A program made the translations under genes and the position numbers. Shown here piece after piece: positions 38,881 through 50,344 of a DNA stretch of 64,000 nt. Within the stretch, counting starts at the first letter, position 1, and each line of letters starts with the position of its first letter. The stretch covers positions 26,412,001-26,476,000 of the forward strand of contig NC_073390.1 of assembly GCF_028641065.1 (NCBI RefSeq), read 5' to 3'. The stretch is from Leucoraja erinacea. Taxonomy: Eukaryota. The notes beneath the pieces are model-generated. The model saw only the letters and a list, made by a program, of their open reading frames with translations. It was not told the origin of the DNA and searched no databases.

Positions 38881-40892
38881 TGGTCACGTGGTGCTCAAAG
38901 AGCTAGCCCGCAACAACATCCCACCTGAAGTATCTGGATAACAGTAGAGTTCTGCTTTCTGCCTCCAGGTTTGTTCAGTGAGATCTGGGATCTCATTGTT
39001 GCTGGAGGGGGAGGACTGCCAATAGTTTCTTCTCAATGCCCTTGAATGTAACTGCATCTGTTAAAACCAAATTGTGCAGCCACAACCATATGTCCAGATT
39101 TAGAGTTCATTGGAGTCAGTGCTTGTTTTGTGCAAGCACATATATTTCCCTTGCTACTGGTGTTTGTGGTGATCATCATCATTAATTCTAAGAAGAAAAT
39201 ATACAAGTAATGTCATGACCCTAATCCATAACTCCCAGAAATTTGCTCCATAAGTATATAGAGTAGCAAAGAAGGCATATGCAATGCTTGCCTTCATAGT
39301 TCGAGGCACTGAGTATAAGAGGGATGGTGGCTGATGCAAATATGACAGCGCCATGTTAGAGATGTTTGGATAGACATACGGATATGCAAGGATATGGATC
39401 ATATACCGGTAGATAGGAGTCGGTCTTGGCATCATGTTCGGCACGGACATTATAGGCTGAAGGACCTGTTCTTGTGCCGCACTTGTTCTATGCTCTATAA
39501 CTTGCTTAACTAGTTAATACATATTATTTTAAAACATTAGTAATCTTTTTGTAATATTAATAATTTAAAAAATGTGAAAATCTATCGTTTTACATTTTTA
39601 GAGGAGGCAGCACGCCAGATCGGCGGGTACCATCACAAAAAATGCACTGGTTGTAGTGAACCTTTACAGGCACCAGGAGTCACCATCCTTGCCTGGCTCC
39701 AAAGGGATAAAATTGTTATTGGTATTTGTTTATTGTTGTCCTGAGATAAACTGAGTCCAAGTGTACTGAGATGCAGTGAAAACGAGTTTACGTGCCTTCC
39801 TGTGGAATCAGACTGTACATGAACACAATCAAGCAGGGAGCAAACTACCAGAATGCTGAATGTGGACAAGTAGGAGTAAGCTCAGTTGGAAGGCTGTCTC
39901 CAAGGGGATATGCAAGGATGATTAGTTCATATCATTATTGTGGTATGTTTTATTTGACTGTAAATGTAAAAAATTGTGTTCATTAATTTTTTTCATAAAT
40001 TCAATCCAGTATTCAATAAGATTGCACCTTGGCAGAGCAAAACCTCTGCTCCATTTTCCTGCCAGTTCCCCATGGGCCCCAAACCTCACACAGACTAAAA
40101 ATCTCACGTCCGAGCCTTGAATATGCACAGTGATTCGGCTTCCGCAGTGAGTTCCAAAGACTTGCAGGTTTCTGAAGAGGTTCCTGTTTATCTCCATCTA
40201 ATGTAACAGAGATTATGCCCCTTGTACTAAACACTCCCCAGCAGTGAAGACCTCTCAGCTTCCACCCTGACTTGCCCCTCAGAACGTGATATGTTTCAGT
40301 AAGATCGCCTTCTGTCCTTAACTCCATGGATAGGCCCATTTTGCTTTGTCTTTAGTGATAAGATGAGCACTTTCTGTTCCGATTCGATTTTCGATATGCA
40401 TACCCTGAGGCAACCGCATCCTTGCTTAAATAAGGAGATCAAAACTACGTACACTATTCCACTTATAGAAACATAGAAAATAGGTGCAGGAGTAGGCCAT
40501 TCGGCCCTTCGAGCCTGCACCGCCATTTGATATGATCATGGCTGATCATCCAACTCAGTATCCCATCCCTGCCTTTTCTCCATACCCCCTGATCCCTTTA
40601 GCCACAAGGGCCACATCTAACTCCCTCTTAAATATAGCCAATGAACTGGCCTCAACTACCTTCTGTGGCAGAGAATAGTAAGATTAAACGAGAACTTACC
40701 AGTTTGAAGTTTGATCTGTATTTTATGAGGAGTTACGATGAGGGATTTCGTGAAGAAGCCCGCTTCCACGCATGCGTGTCATACTTCAAAGCAGCGGTGT
40801 GAGGTCACAGGAACCTATAATGATCTAACATAGTAAGATTACCAAAGAGATACCAGTTTTTGATATGATCATAAGAGGGTGGGAGCGGAGGG

Positions 40893-41004
40893 CACGAAAT
40901 CCCTCATCGTAACTCCTCATAAAATACAGATCAAACTTCAAACTGGTAAGTTCTCGTTTAATCTTACTATTTTACTTCGGAGTCACGTGAGTGACTTCGT
41001 GAAG
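40893..41004 (-). repeat. DIRS internal complementary region (ICR)
   Basis: 40893-40970 is the exact reverse complement of 40675-40752; 40970-41004 is the exact reverse complement of 45435-45469. Confidence 0.93.
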
Positions 41005-41239
41005 ATTTCAAAGCTCTGTGACCTCATGCCGTGGAACGAGTCCATGCTTCACAAACTGCCTTGGGTATTGGGAGAGAGCATCATTAGTAATTTTAAAACA
41101 CAATTATACAAAGAGTTGTGTGGTATAACGAAAAAATATATAACATTTTTTAAAATTTGAGAATCATAGCCCTGTAACCTTTCGGGCAAATTATTTTGTT
41201 GAACATAAAATGTTTTCTTAATACAATGATGGCTCCAAA

Positions 41240-42080
41240 AAATAACTGGTTTATTATAAAACCTGTGGAAAAACCCTTTTTGAATGACCATCCTGCCATT
41301 CTGAGGATTTGGACTGTGGGTACCTGTACAATTTTTGCTGCGGATGTTGCTGCAGCCCTGGTGGAATGAGAGTTAAAACATTAGTGTCTATTTCTGCCAT
41401 TTTTAGGACCTATCTGAGCCACCTTGGTATAGTTTGAGTCGTGACCCTTTCATGCGGTTTCTTGTAAGAGATAAACAACTCCATTCTGTGACCTCGAATG
41501 TTCTTAGTATATTCTATGTATTGTTAGATGTGTCTTGCTATACACAGTCGTTTGCCATATGGGTGTACCATAAATTCAAACACTTGACCCGAGGAACCCG
41601 ATCTGTTTTCTTTTATTAAATCCTGTATGACAACACCAGTTTCTCGGTGAGATGATCAGGGAGTCCAGGCTCAGTTTGCTTAATGGCTGGACTTGTTGTG
41701 CGGTAAATAACACCATGAGCATAACCATCTTCCTGGACTGTTACTGAAGTGACAACGCTGTTATGAGCTACAAGCTCCTCAGCATGTTGAGAAACGACAC
41801 CCACGTCCCAGATTTCGGAGTACCTGGTTTTCTTACCAGGGGTGCGTTCCCACACCGCGTGCCGCTCTGTTCCTTGTGATAGGTAATTGGAGAGTGCACT
41901 TGTGGCACTATTGATGGCACTGTAGCCCCATCGATTATGATAATGGAGGCTTGTTAAAAAATCCAATACGGCCAGAAATTCTTGGCCTGTTGGTCGAGGT
42001 TGTTGTCCAAGCAGTATATGCCCCATTCTTGATGTGTCCAAGGTACTGCTTCCGTGTTGACAGTCTTAGTGCAGATGAGA
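41240..42080 (-). pseudogene. DIRS tyrosine recombinase remnant
   Basis: LDFLTSL..GYSAINSATSALS, RYSEIWDV, SHSTRAAATS (~41340-41372), GWS..FHRFYNKP with the presumed catalytic Tyr; frameshifted. Confidence 0.85.
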
Positions 42081-42289
42081 TGAGATTCATCGTCCTGTCT
42101 GACAGCCCACTGCCGTGTAGTGGGTCTTTTAGACTCTACCAATCAATAAATCCATAGTCTTATGGCATGGATGACTGCCTCCAGTCACTGGATAAATTAA
42201 TAATTTTTGGCTATGTACATTAGGGAACATGGTTCTAACACCATCCCCTGTATGACCGAATACCATGATTAGTAAATAATATTGGGGCT

Positions 42290-42745
42290 GATGATTGCCC
42301 CTTTTGTAAGCTCTATATTGCCAAAGTTCCTCTTTTGAGTCAATGCCTGCCATATAGAAAAAACCCAGCTGACACCAAGTCTTTATCAATAATAAGAGTA
42401 TCCATCTTAAAATGAATATCTAGAACAAATGTGTTTAGGGTTAAAATCAAATGATAATCCTGCAACCCTACTCTATTTTATTTAATAAATATGTTTGATA
42501 CAATTCTAATGTTCCATGAAAAGTATGCTCAATCACACCTTTCGTGTACAATTTTTTGTAGCACCATGTGGGTTTTGGATTGTTTGGTTTATGTAAGGAC
42601 AAAATGCCCTTCTGGTGTATGTTGTACTGTGGTTATTGGGATGAGTAAATCCTATCAGATAACCCTGAATACTGCTGAGATTATATGAATCTGTAGTGAT
42701 TATATACCATACATAACTGTAGTGTTGCAACCTCCCCCACCATCG
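42290..42745 (-). pseudogene. DIRS reverse transcriptase N-terminal remnant; catalytic core and RNase H apparently deleted
   Basis: VGGRLQHY..W..ITTD..IQGY.IGF, LNTFVLDIHFKMDTL, FYMAGID, LWQYRA, then a jump to pre-YR sequence. Confidence 0.75.
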
Positions 42746-42752
42746 TGGGTCC

Positions 42753-43556
42753 CTATTTTAACAGAATAAACCCCACCCACCTACCTCCATGGTTACCGGT
42801 GGTTGAGTTATTTCCTTGTTTTTTTTTTTTAAAAAGGAGGTTCTGGTTTGATATCTCTTGTTCGGGGTTGTGTGGGAGGTTGAGGCTTCTGCATCTTCCA
42901 GGGTGGCCGCCCTGGCCATACCCTAAAAAAGGATCCTGCGGGTTATATTGATTTCTGGCACTGCCACTGGTATGAGCCACATTTTTTATGGCCTTGCCTG
43001 TGGCTGGTATCATGCCCCAAAATAGGCCCTTGCGCTGGCCTTGATGAGCCCCAGTGTCTTGGCTTTGTCCACCCACGGTTCTTTGTTTGCAAATGGTAGC
43101 ATTTTGGGGTCGTAGTGCTGGCTGAATGGCCGCCTTCCACGTGTAGTTCAGGTCATATTGCGTATTACTAAACAGAGCTAGTGCGTCTTGATGGTCTTGG
43201 TTACCTACGTTTAGTCCAGGGTGCGGGTGTATGCTATGATGCCTTCCGTGAATCCCTTTAAGGTTCTCTGGATCTTGAGGTCCTTGGTTCCTGATGTTCG
43301 TCCCCATATGCTGCCAAATGCATTGGTTTACACTGGGCACCTGTAATGCCTCACCGTTGCCAGGTGGCAGATGTCTGGCCAGTGTCTGTAAATTTTTTCT
43401 TGTTGGCGTTTGTGGCCAGACATATAGTAATACTATTGCCATCCTGGATCCAAGTCTACCCATGTTTGACTTGGCTAAAGTAATCAGCCACCATGTCCAG
43501 CAGAGTCCCTGCTGTGTTAGGATCATGGGACGCTGTATTACCAGGCTCTGGCCCAT
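42753..43556 (-). pseudogene. DIRS gag-like ORF remnant (may extend to ~44076)
   Basis: PPGNGEALQVPSVNQCIW and DALALFSNTQYDLN resemble DIRS ORF1 motifs; position upstream of RT. Confidence 0.65.
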
Positions 43557-44232
43557 CAGGGTCCTGCCTACTCTTTTTTATAGAGTTAGAGATCTCTAGG
43601 GTCCCGCACGGGGTACCCATGTGGGGCTTAACTGCTGCCCACTTGTCTTTTGTTCTGCGGACCCCTCTTGCAAGTCAACCCAGAACTGACCCACAGTGCT
43701 CCCCTCTGATGGGGTAGAAGCATTGTGCAGCCCTCAAAGAGGTACTGCTGTGGTTTTATCACGTTGGAGCAAGGCTCCATACACCGCTTCTTCCACTCCA
43801 GCCCTCTTGGTGCTGGTTGCTGGCGGTATTATGCAAAGTCGGACCCTCTGAGTCCACTACCTTGTTTGATTTGTGTCTAGCCTTACCGCTCGGCCGCATG
43901 GAGCTGGCCCGTGCGGGGCCGACATCGGGCACAGCTGATCCCACTACGGATGATCCAAGTGCCGCTGGCTGCTGCTGGCTGCCCGCTGTTCCATGGTCCT
44001 CCTTCTCCAGTTTTGTCCTTCCTTCCATGGAGTGGATATGGCCGGTGTGGAGGATAACTGGCACAGCTGCTTCCATCTATTCCTTTAACCCGGCTCCAAC
44101 GCTCTCAGCACTCCTGGCTGCTCCTTTATCTTAGACCCCTGGGACCGACCCCCATACTGACGGTGCTGGTCCCTTGCGGTCGTTGCAGCCGGTCAACCCC
44201 ACTCTAATGCCCTCAATACTGGACACTCCTAC

Positions 44233-44291
44233 TTATATGGTCCTTAGATAAGGGACATATAAGACATTCAAACTGATGATAACAGCTACTA
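44233..44291 (-). pseudogene. Second, more diverged U2 snRNA fragment (approx. nt 33-91)
   Basis: Minus strand TAGTAGCTGTTATCATCAGTTTGAATGTCTTATATGTCCCTTATCTAAGGACCATATA aligns with the adjacent copy. Confidence 0.75.
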
Positions 44292-44300
44292 TAGTTTTTA

Positions 44301-44395
44301 TTTAATATATGGTCCCTAGATAAGGGATGAATCAGATATTAAACTGATAAGAACAGATACTACACTAGACCTTAGCCAAAAGGCCCAGAAGTGAT
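44301..44395 (-). pseudogene. U2 snRNA 5' fragment (nt 1-95) inside the DIRS leader
   Basis: Minus strand ATCACTTCTGGGCCTTTTGGCTAAGGTCTAGTGTAGTATCTGTTCTTATCAGTTTAATATCTGATTCATCCCTTATCTAGGGACCATATATTAAA; ungapped 83/95 match to human U2 as recalled, nt 30-65 identical; stops just before the Sm site. Confidence 0.92.
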
Positions 44396-44570
44396 TATTG
44401 TAACTAAAAACCCCGCTGGGACCGACCCTGGTACTCACATACTGGTCCCTTGTAGTAGATTGCAGCCAGTCAACTGCAAAGTCCTTTGCTGCCGAGAAAT
44501 GAATTTTCTCACCGTGCTGGAGCGAAGTTGGGCACCGGTGTTTTCCCTCTCCGGGAATCGATGTGCCCAT

Positions 44571-44692
44571 GCTGCTCCTGCCGTTGCCAGCTCCTGCCGT
44601 TGCCAGCTCCTGCCGCTGCCAGCGCTCCTGCCGCTGCCGCTGCTGCCGCTGCCGCTGCCGACTGCCGTTACTGCTCTCCTGCCGGCTGCCTG
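44571..44692. repeat. GC-rich minisatellite (GCTCCTGCCGTTGCCA)n grading into (GCTGCC)n
   Basis: Directly visible tandem units. Confidence 0.8.
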
Positions 44693-46009
44693 CACTCCGC
44701 GGTTCTCCCGCCGGCATTCTGCAGCTGACATGGACCCAGTCCATGTCTGCACCTAAAGGTAAGTGGAAGGAAAACGCAGAGTCTCCTACCTGCGGTTCCC
44801 GACTTTTCATACTCCCGCTGGTGAACGTTGTTCCCTGCGTGTCGGGTTCGAGCCGCTCGGACCGACCCCGGTGTTCACGGGCCTGGTCCATTCGCGGCAG
44901 TTCCTGTACCTATGGATCCCCTGGACCAACCCCGGTGCTTACCTTTTGAAGAAGGTTTTCAGCCCGGACGTCCAGTTCCTACTCCATAGTGCCGCTGCAC
45001 TCGCTGAGCGTTTCCAGCCCTGCTGTGTACCCCGGGTACTTACAGCGCTGGTCCCTGCTCTCTGTCCCGCAGCCTTCGCGCTGGCCGCTAGCGACTGTTC
45101 CAAGCCAGTCTCGCTAAAGACTGGCATACGGGACCTCTTTGCTTTGCTTCCCGCCCGGCCGAGAAGTGAATTTTGCCGGTGCGGGAGCAAAGTCGGGCAC
45201 AGGTTGTTCCCCTCCAGGGAAACTCGTGCTGTTGCTGCTGCCGGCTGCTCGCCCTCCACGGGTCTCCCCGCCAGCTTTCCGCAGCCTCCTAAAAGGTAAG
45301 TAGAAAAAAGGAACGCAGAGTCTCTTACCTGCTGTTCCCGACTTTCAAATTCTCCCGCTGGGGAACGCCGTTCCCCCTGTGTGACTCGTTGCAATGCGTG
45401 TAGCGATATGACACGCATGCGTGGAAGCGGGCTTCTTCACGAAGTCACTCACGTGACTCCGAAGTAAAATTTCACAGATTCACCACTCTGTGTAAAAAAT
45501 GATTTCCTCATCTCGGTCCTAAAAGTCTTCCCTCTTATCCTTAAACTGTGACCCCTAGTTCTGGACTTCCCCAACATCGGGAATAATCTTCCTGCATCTA
45601 GCCTGTCCAACCCCTTAAGAATTTTGTAAGTTTCTATAAGATTCCCCCCTCAGTCTTCTGAATTCCAACGTGTACAAGCCAAGTCTATCCAGTCTTTCCT
45701 CATATGGAAGTCCTGACATCCCAGGAATCAGTCTGGTGCACCTTCTCTGTACTCCCTCTTTGACAAGAATGTCTTTCCTCAGATTAGGAGACCAAAACTG
45801 TACGCAATACTCCAGGTGTGGTCTCACCAAACCCTGTACAACTGCAGTAGAACCTCCCTGCTCTTATACTCAAATCCTTTTGCTATGAATGCTAACATAC
45901 CATTTGCTTTCTTCACTGCCTACCAATGATCTACCAATGCTCTCTACATTTGCAAGAAGGCTCCCCTCTTTTAAACTCCATCCTCTTGCATGAAAGGGAA
46001 CATTCCATG

Positions 46010-46430
46010 CTCCATATGAAATATTGCTGCATTTACAACTAACCTCCCCTAGCTTCACCCAGACTCGCATCAATTTCTCCCCTCTTCCTCCACCTGTATT
46101 CCTTTCTCTGGTTTCACAATTTGCAACCCTTCAATCCTTTTGTCTTACACCATTTTTTCATCTCTGGCCTTTGTCCATCGGTCTGCTTCTCGCAACCCCC
46201 TCCTTGCTTATCTTCACCTCCAAACCAATTTACCTGCCACACTTTGTCCTGTTCCTCCTCTCTGCTAGCCCCCCCCCCCCCACCCCACCCCACCCCACAA
46301 CCAGTCTGAAGTCCTGACCTGAAACATCATCTATTCGCATTCTCCAGGAATGCTCCATGACCCACTGACTTACACCAGCATTTTATGTCTTTTTTTTTGT
46401 AAACCGGGATTTGCAGTTACTTATTTCTAC
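46010..46430 (+). mobile_element. Penelope-like 3' fragment
   Basis: Same terminal sequence as 23845 and 63565 (CATCTCTGGCCTTTGTCC..CAGTCTGAAG..GAAACATC). Confidence 0.65.
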
Positions 46431-48799
46431 ATTTTGACCGCTCTTCTATAAATCACCCCATGTGTTTCTTGTGCAAGGGAACTTGGTCATCTCAAAACAT
46501 CAACATGCATTTACTTCACACCATTTTAACACTATTCTATGCTCTATTCTTCATACCAATGTGGACAACTTCATACTTGAGCAGACACATCTGCTGCCTC
46601 AGCTCCATTGAGCTGGATTCAATTCTGATCTTCGATGCTATCTGGGAGGAGTTTGCATGCTCTCCCCATGACCACATCGGTTTCCCACTGATTCTCCGGT
46701 TTCCTTCCACCTCCCAAAGAATTGTAGATCAGTAGGTTAATTGGCCACTGTAAATTATTGCTATCGTGGGTGAGGGGTAGAATCTGGCAGAAGAATTTGG
46801 TGGATGGTATTGCTCAGTGAGCAGCATAAACTTGATGGGCCAAAATGGTCTTCTTCAACATAAGGTTGTCAGAATCTATGGGGGGAAAAAATCCTCTCAA
46901 TATACTCCATCTGCATCTCTTTGTCTACTCATTCAGCCTATCCATACACTTTGGAGTCATCCATTTTATTTTTATAATGTGAGCAAACTAGGATACTTTA
47001 CAAGGAGACACTTGATCCCTTTATCTGAACCATTGTTATAGTTTGGATATTTTTAGACACAGCATCAAGCCTTGCCAGGCTGAACGTGACCCATTTTTAA
47101 AAAAATGGCACAAGAGAAGTTGGTCATATTGAAAAATGATCAATCATAAATGTACATACAACTTCCTATCAATTCTGCTATTAAACTACTGAATCCATCG
47201 CCTCTTTCACCCCTTCCCAGAGGTGCTGCTACATACTTGACTCTACTTCATTCAGTATTTTTCCTCTGCAAATTGCAGTACAAATCATGCAACATTCTGC
47301 TGCTTTTGCACTTGTCCTCATTAATTGCTGTATCTATCATTACCATGTATATTGTTTACTCTGTCAGCTTCATATGAACAAGGAATTTCATTGCAGCCTG
47401 GTGTACACGACAATAAACCTACTTAAATTTGATCTGAACCCTTGATTGTTTAATATATCTGGCAGATATTTGTGCATCTTCTTCTGTGAAAACAGACATA
47501 AAATAATTAAATTCCTCTCTCATTTCCTTATTCCCTATTTTTAATTTGCCATTCCCTGGCAGTGCCCAACATTTGTCCTCACTTGCCCTTTCACTTTTAC
47601 AGACCTATTAAAGATTTTAACATTTTTATGTTTCTCACATTCTGTCTGGTGTTCATCAAAATCTTATATCTCTTTTGCCAAGTTCTGTTATACTCATCAT
47701 CCTCAAAGCTATTGGTATTTCTGGCATACACAAGGAACTGCAGATGCTGAAATCTTGCATTAAAAACAAAGTGCTGGAGTAACTCAGCAAGTCAGGCAAC
47801 ATCTCTGGAGGTGATGTTTCAGGTTGAAATCCAAACTGAAGACTACAGCACTTTGGGTGTTCTATGCCATTTCTGGCAACTTTATAAGACTCTTTGTTTG
47901 ATGTAATTATCTGGGTCCCATGACTCTGACCAATTACCTTTTTATGGGTGCAAAACCTCATTGAACTCTGCCTTCAATGATGGAGCAATCTTAGCAGTCT
48001 GAGGTAGACAATTCCAAAGTCAACATTCAGCTTCAGGAAATTTCTCATATAATGTTGTCCATTGTCCTAAGCAAGGACAGCTTGAAATTGCCCCAACCAG
48101 TCTAAATCGGTGCTTAAAATAGATCCAGTTGAAAGCTGAACTGAGAAGGCAGGCAAGTTGTACTAGCAGCATGGTCGGCATGGACATGTTGGGCCAAAGG
48201 GCCTTATTCCATGATGCATGAACTTTATGACTCTATAACAGCTGAGAGTTTAAAACTGTTTTGGCAAGTGGTTAAACTGGTTAATATCACATTCATTCTA
48301 ATTGATCAAGAGGGAACTGAAGGTATTATCTTAAATCTGCCTAATGCATAGTTACAAACAATTCCATTGAATCTCGTCCAAATCCTGGTCATGAGTATTG
48401 TGGTTATCTGTAAAAAGATTTACACAAGCAGTTTGCATAATACATTCTCATGGGTTTTAGGAAGCATTTTGAGCAAAACAAGACACTAAAAATCAAGATT
48501 TGGATTGTTAATGGGGTGGAACATTTTTGGTTGCACAACAGTTTAAAATAATGATCATTTGGTAATGTTTTGAGATATCCAATGATAGCATATGACAATC
48601 TAAGTTTCAGTGGATAAAGAGTATTACACCACCTTACAGTGAGACTTTAGGAAGTGACAGAAAGCCAACCGTACACACTGTCAGCAAATTAAACACCTTT
48701 TACAGTATCTTTAAGGTGATATGATGTGAACTGCTCTTATGCAGCAAATGTCAACAGCCAATTTGCACACCAATAGCAAATCGATTAATAAGTAGTATA

Positions 48800-49092
48800 G
48801 GTTAGAGATACAGCACGGAAACAAGCCCATCGGCCCACCGAGTCCATGCCAACCAGTGATTTCCGCACACTAACATTATCCTACACACACTAGGGACAAT
48901 TTCCAATTATATCAGGCCAATTAACTGACAAACCTGTACATCTTTGGAGTGTGGGAGGAAACCGGAAATCCCAGAGAAAACCCACACAGGTCACGGGGAG
49001 AACCTACAAACTCAGTATAGACAGCATCCGTGTTCAGGATTGAAGCCGGGTCTCTGGCGTTGTAAGGCAGCAAAACTACCGCTGTGCCACCA
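48800..49092 (-). mobile_element. HE1-like SINE
   Basis: AGAGATACAGCACGGAAACAAGCCC..ACTACCGCTGTGCCACC, reverse complement of the 13684 family. Confidence 0.85.
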
Positions 49093-49769
49093 TAGTTATT
49101 GGGAATCCTTTGCTGTGAATGAGGCAAACTCTCTTGTCCTTATAGTGTTGGCATGGGATTGTTTCTATTCATCCACAAACAGGCTGTCAACTTCTTCACC
49201 ACTTCTGTAATCAGTTTGGAGTGTCATCTTTGGAATATGATATATCCCACGTCCTCTGTATCAAGGGCAAGAGCTACTCCCTGGGCACAGTCTGACACTT
49301 AAATTAGAAAGGGATTTAAACAGAGTTTAGTAAGTTTAATATGTGCAAAACCCCTGTAGTTTGATCAGTCTCATTATTAACCTGTGCTGATAGTTTTGCT
49401 TCCAGTCGACCGTGTAGTTTCATTTTGTTTCTCTCACACTTAATCAGCTTCCTTTCCCTGGTGGTCCAGACTTACATTGCCTGCCTAACATCAAATCATC
49501 AGTTCAGAATTGGCTGCAAAGACTATCAGCTGAGCTGCTGTTATCTGATAAATATCAGTTTACATTTTCATAGGACCTTTGGTATGAAAACATTTTACAA
49601 GGGGTCAAGCAAAAGCTGGGAAATTAAAGAGACTGTTTTTTAGGGGCCCTGGAGAGAACCACAGAGGGAGATGAGCCTCTTGGAGAGAGTCCAGCAGACC
49701 AGGGCCATGGTGATCCGAGAATAGGCTGTTGGCGATGAGGTTGAGTGCAGGGAAGGCTGGTACCTAGTC

Positions 49770-50230
49770 ATAGTTGCAGAGTTGTAGAGCACAGAAACAT
49801 GCTCTCTGGCCCACCACATCCATGCTGACATTCCCCATCTGCACTAATCCCATTTACTCACAATGCTCTTCATATACTCTGCCTATTTAAATATCTGTCC
49901 AAATTTCTTGTAAACACAGTGATTTTGTTGGATTCCACCATCTCCTTTGGCAGCGAGTTCCAGATATCAACCATTCTCTGTGGAAACTTTCCCCTTAGAT
50001 CCCCTTTAATGTTTCCTCCTTATACCTTTAACCTCTGCTCACTTTTTTTGATGCCCTTACCATGGCAATAAAATCCTGGCTATTTACCCTATCTATGCCT
50101 CATATAATGTTTTATGCCATGTCGCCTCGCAGCCTCCTTCGCTCCCGTGGAAACACAGCCAGGATATCCAATCCCTCTCCGTCATTGAAGCCCTGCAACC
50201 CCAGCAATGTCCTGGTGAATTTGAATGTGC
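49770..50230 (-). mobile_element. Old CR1 3' fragment
   Basis: CACAGAAACA..GGCAGCGAGTTCCAGATATCAACCA..CCCCTTAGATCCCCTTTAA. Confidence 0.6.
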
Positions 50231-50344
50231 AGTGATTGGTAACAAGAAGTGATATAACTGACCTGTATTGCATTTACCACTTCTTTGCCCACTCTCCCAA
50301 CCTGTCCAGGTCTTTTTGCAGACTCCCTGGTTCCTCAATGTTCA

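Larger units (their letters stand above)
40674..45470 (-). mobile_element. DIRS1-type tyrosine-recombinase retrotransposon, non-autonomous, with complete termini
   Basis: 37-bp perfect ITR core (40747-40783 vs 45407-45443); ICR 40893-41004 complementary to both outer ends; gag-, RT- and YR-like remnants in DIRS order; AAT at both junctions. Confidence 0.93.
40464..45920 (-). mobile_element. CR1 3' fragment split by the DIRS insertion (40464-40673 and 45471-45920)
   Basis: TTCTGTGGCAGAG-AAT-TTCACAGATTCACCACTCT rejoins when the DIRS is removed; ORF 45615-45830 [14 protein letters not shown]. Confidence 0.9.

Noticed and set aside
44141-44200. Twister or HDV-like ribozyme in the GGTCCC-containing repeats
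   Set aside because: Could not build the required pseudoknots or catalytic residues by eye; kept only as simple hairpins
44301-44395. Functional U2 snRNA gene
   Set aside because: Lacks the Sm site and 3' stem-loops, no recognisable snRNA promoter context, embedded in a retrotransposon
44316-45418. Overlapping 100-190 aa ORFs on both strands
   Set aside because: By-products of the GC-rich, minisatellite-containing DIRS leader; low-complexity translations without domain motifs
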